DNA of 64,000 nt. It comes from Auanema rhodensis (taxonomy: Eukaryota > Animalia > Nematoda). Positions 60,580 through 64,000 of the stretch are shown one piece after another; the first letter of the stretch is position 1; every line of letters starts with the position of its first letter. The notes beneath the pieces were generated by a model, which ran no database searches, had not been told where the DNA came from, and saw only the letters and a program-made list of their open reading frames with translations. Made by a program: the position numbers and the translations under genes. The stretch covers positions 11,408,001 through 11,472,000 of the forward strand of contig OZ059896.1 of NCBI GenBank assembly GCA_964057225.1. The letters are read 5' to 3'.

Positions 60580-61035
60580 ATGTATTCGTCTGAAATAGCG
60601 TCACTATTGCGATCTGTCCGCATCACTCGAAAACTATTCCTCGGTGTATTTAGCGCGGATACTCTACCCAAAACACGTCGAAAGAACTTTGCACTTGTTG
60701 TAAATACTGACACACACGATAAACCGGGCACACATTGGCAAGTCATCTTTGTACGTAATGATCAAGCCTACTTTTTCTGTAGCTTGGGTTATAAAATGAA
60801 CAAGTACATTCGTCATTATCTGGCCAAATATAAAAATGTAAAAGTTAATACTTGCAAACCACAACGCATAATTGAATACACTTGTGGTGGTTATGCAATA
60901 TTTGTAATACTAATGTTGTCAGCTGGTAATACATTTGAAAGCATTTGTTCATTTTTTAAACTATTACAAAACGATGATGTCTTTATTAAAGCGTTTATGC
61001 ATAAAGTATTCGACTATAAATTATCTAGCATATGA
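60580..61035 (+). CDS. Adenain-like protease (D)
   Basis: PGTHW and TCGGY. Confidence 0.9.
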   Translation: MYSSEIASLLRSVRITRKLFLGVFSADTLPKTRRKNFALVVNTDTHDKPGTHWQVIFVRNDQAYFFCSLGYKMNKYIRHYLAKYKNVKVNTCKPQRIIEYTCGGYAIFVILMLSAGNTFESICSFFKLLQNDDVFIKAFMHKVFDYKLSSI

Positions 61036-61081
61036 TCAACCTCGCCATTAAAACGTCACCTGCTACATTAGGTGGTCAGTT

Positions 61082-61252
61082 ATGAATATTCCCTGTCACT
61101 GTGAATTATGTATAAGATACACGTTGGAACAATCTGTGCCAACACCCCTGTACAAAAAGATTTTGAAACGTATTTCAGTGCCATTCATTAAAGGAATATC
61201 TCTGGGACTAGGCTTTTGTACAACACTAGTCATTATTCCACTCATTATATAA
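61082..61252 (+). CDS. 56-aa TM microprotein (D)
   Basis: Same as 39132-39302. Confidence 0.72.
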   Translation: MNIPCHCELCIRYTLEQSVPTPLYKKILKRISVPFIKGISLGLGFCTTLVIIPLII

Positions 61253-61293
61253 AAGTGAGTTGACTGTGTGTGGTTGTTTTTTATTTTCCTCTA

Positions 61294-61758
61294 ATGGAAC
61301 TTTTATGTAACAAGTATTGTGTTACGTGCAAGGAAATATTTTCATCAGCCAAGCATTTTAGTGATCACGTATTAAAAAGACATGACGGGATTCAACCCGT
61401 ATGTAACAGTTATATCAGCAATGCTGACTTTATTCAAAAATATGGACATTTGGATGGTGTTCGTAGACGTTTGTGCCCTTATTGTAGTGAAACTTTTGGA
61501 ACAAGATTCAATTGTCAGCGTCATATTCGGCGTCTTCATAATAGTAATGGAACGAATGGTAAAGATGGTGATGGAAATGATACCAGCGAACCCTCTGAAA
61601 AAACTGAGGAGTTTGTACAGTCAACCGAACCAAAACGATGCCGCTGCAATAGTAACCGAGAATATTCACAACACGAGCCGCGCATCGAACAAAACGGCGC
61701 TGAACTACCTTTTAAACCTTCGAAAATCGTAATGTGGTCTTGTATAACTGTTGAATAA
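61294..61758 (+). CDS. Double C2H2 zinc-finger protein (D)
   Basis: Two C2H2 motifs. Confidence 0.8.
   Translation: MELLCNKYCVTCKEIFSSAKHFSDHVLKRHDGIQPVCNSYISNADFIQKYGHLDGVRRRLCPYCSETFGTRFNCQRHIRRLHNSNGTNGKDGDGNDTSEPSEKTEEFVQSTEPKRCRCNSNREYSQHEPRIEQNGAELPFKPSKIVMWSCITVE
61382..61732 (+). CDS. Overprinted membrane protein (D)
   Basis: Same as 39432-39782. Confidence 0.7.
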   Translation: MTGFNPYVTVISAMLTLFKNMDIWMVFVDVCALIVVKLLEQDSIVSVIFGVFIIVMERMVKMVMEMIPANPLKKLRSLYSQPNQNDAAAIVTENIHNTSRASNKTALNYLLNLRKS

Positions 61759-61763
61759 AACAT

Positions 61764-62139
61764 TTATTTCACATTTTTAACATGTAATGTAACAACTGTA
61801 GAACCATAATTAAATTGCATAGGGCGGCCAAATTCATCTAAAATTTCAATACGTATAGTATCGAGTGTTTGCTTAGTGATTGGTACATAACGAATAGGAT
61901 TAAATGTTTTGGCAATCATTTTACCAAATTCGGTGGGAGGTGGTACAGGTAAACATGCAAGTAAATTAGCTTTCACATTACCGAGAATGGAATATTCTAC
62001 AATATCACAATATATATACATTGTATTAATGTTATTTGAAAAATCAATGGGGCGCCTGGCTATTAACGTGTCGTTGATAATTTTATTCTCAAAGCCAAGA
62101 AAATATGCGAGAGCATCACCGAGTGTTGCATTCAATAAG
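61764..62139 (-). pseudogene. Penton of D, 3' part; disrupted by element E
   Basis: Identity to the A penton stops at ttcaataa, followed by g and the E terminus. Confidence 0.9.
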
Positions 62140-64000
62140 AGTAGAGAGCCGTGCAAAATTTACTAACCACGCCCCCAAACAGCTGTCAAAAACATACTTT
62201 TGGGGGGCGTCAGCTGCTAAAAACATACTTTTGGGGCGCGTCAGCTGTCAAAAACATATTTTTGAGCGTCAGCTGTTAAAATCATATTTTGGGATCATGG
62301 TTCATGGATTCTCCTTTTTTAAATTTAAAAATCATGATTTAAAGCATGATTTTTTTTTAAATCAAATTTAAATATGCTTTTAAATGTATGTATATATTTT
62401 TAATTATTTTTAAATATATTAAGTAAAAATAAAAATCTTAATTTTAAATATTTAAATTATATTTAAATTTTATATATATAAATTATATTTAAACTTTAAA
62501 TATTTAAATTATATTTAAATTTTATATATATAAATTTTATTTAAACTTTAAATTTTATATATAAATTATATTTAAATATTTAAATATTTAAATATGTAAA
62601 TTTGTTTTTTAAATTTTATTTATTTATTAAATTTATTAATAATGTTTGTTTACTTGATTTGTTTATTTTTTATTGTATTGTGTTTGTATTGTTTTTATTT
62701 TAAAGAACAGTAAAATTTTTGCATGTATATCGTTTTGTTCACCGTACTTGTTATGGGTAATTCAATGGAACACATATCGAAGGTTAATTCGATAAGAACG
62801 ATATGAAATACAAAATTCAATGGAACACATATCGAAGGTTAATTCGATAAGAACGATATGAAATACAAAATTCAATGGAACACGTATCGAAGGTTAATTC
62901 GATAAGAACGATATGAAATACCAAAATTTAATGGAACACATATCGAAAGTTAATTCGATAAGAACGACATTAAATTATTAATTTTTGAAATTACAAATTG
63001 TTATTAATTATATTTATTCTAACAAGTAAAGGTTTCAAATTATAATAAAAGATTAGTTTTAAACTTTATTTCACTAATATAACAATACAATAACTAAATA
63101 GAGCACACATTGAAGGTAAATACAATAAGATTAACAAACAGTTGCGCTGACCTCAATGAAACGCATAAAGTTAATTTAATAAGAACTAATAACAAAAATT
63201 AATCCGACGGGGACAATAAAAACAGATGTATTCAATAAGCTTATTTATTTTAAAGTTTATCGCAACTGCTAGTTTTGACAGCTGTACCCAAATCCATGTT
63301 ACATAACAAATTACAATGCCAACAGCAATGTGTAGACTGATGTATTCATTATATCAAGGTACAATGGCTGCTAATAGGTTGTGTCTTTTTGATTATTTGT
63401 TTGTAAACTTTTTCTTTTTTTAGTTATAAACGTTTATGTGAAGAGCTAGGATTTGATTATGAAGAAATCAATCAGCTCAGGTAATTTAACAATATTTTGA
63501 ATCTTTATATATATTTTGTTTTTTAGTAAACGTATAAAGTTTACCGAGGCTGGTGGGATCGAGCTCTGTGAGCCCACATCACCCACTTTTAACAGTGGGC
63601 CCTCATCATCAAGGGTTATTGAAGTAATAACCTTGGATGACAGTGATGAGTAAGCGATATTAAAAATTATAACAATTAGTTTTTTCTTTTTAAGCGAATG
63701 GGATCCTGCTACCCCATCAACCAGTGGAGGACAAGTCGGATATGGAGCGGCATTCAACGATGTCTGTAAAATAGAGGTGCGATCTTTTATTTACATATCA
63801 TTTCATAATATATCTTTTGAAACATGAAATTTTCTCTTGCTCCAATTGCATATTTTGAAAACATTTTGAAATTTATTTCTCTTTTTCAATTGCTCTCTCT
63901 CTCATCTTTACATTTCATCTCAATCTATATCTTTTTTCAAACAAATTGCAAGTATTTTGAAATTTACATATTCATTCTTTTGAACAACATTCATTTTAAA
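62140..64000 (+). mobile_element. Maverick element E (subfamily B), left end; runs off the window
   Basis: AGTAGAGAGCCGTGC terminus; TIR to about 63156. Confidence 0.93.
63364..63777 (+). CDS. pPolB exons 1-4 of E (partial)
   Basis: MAANSYKRLCEELG..VIEVITLDDSD..QVGYG, with the same introns as C. Confidence 0.8.

Larger units (their letters stand above)
51390..62139 (+). mobile_element. Maverick element D (subfamily A), left part; interrupted by E
   Basis: AGTAGAGAGCCATGCCGAATTT terminus; near-identical to A but without A's lesions. Confidence 0.93.

Overview
Eukaryotic, AT-rich DNA, most likely from a nematode (introns of about 45 nt, TTTCAG acceptors, a gsp-3/4-like PP1). Positions 1-12.7 kb hold seven compact host genes: NDST, ATG12, IFRD1-like, CTU1, RBM15/spenito, PP1 and bestrophin. 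From about 12.9 kb to the end, the window is a nested stack of Maverick/Polinton virus-like elements from two subfamilies plus one non-LTR retrotransposon. Nesting order: relic Y > relic Z > element A (13634-). Inside A lie a complete inverted element B (19076-34828, 6-bp TSD GCTGTA) and a LINE (45247-47375). Element C (47376-) sits in the LINE, D (51390-) in C, and E (62140-) in D. The elements encode a 14-exon protein-primed PolB (about 1370 aa, one conserved GC-AG intron) and intronless capsid, penton, ATPase, protease and chromo-integrase genes. They also carry several uncharacterised genes: a D-box/CDK-site zinc protein, an overprinted C2H2/membrane gene pair and a 56-aa membrane microprotein. 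All calls come from reading the sequence by eye; no database searches were run.
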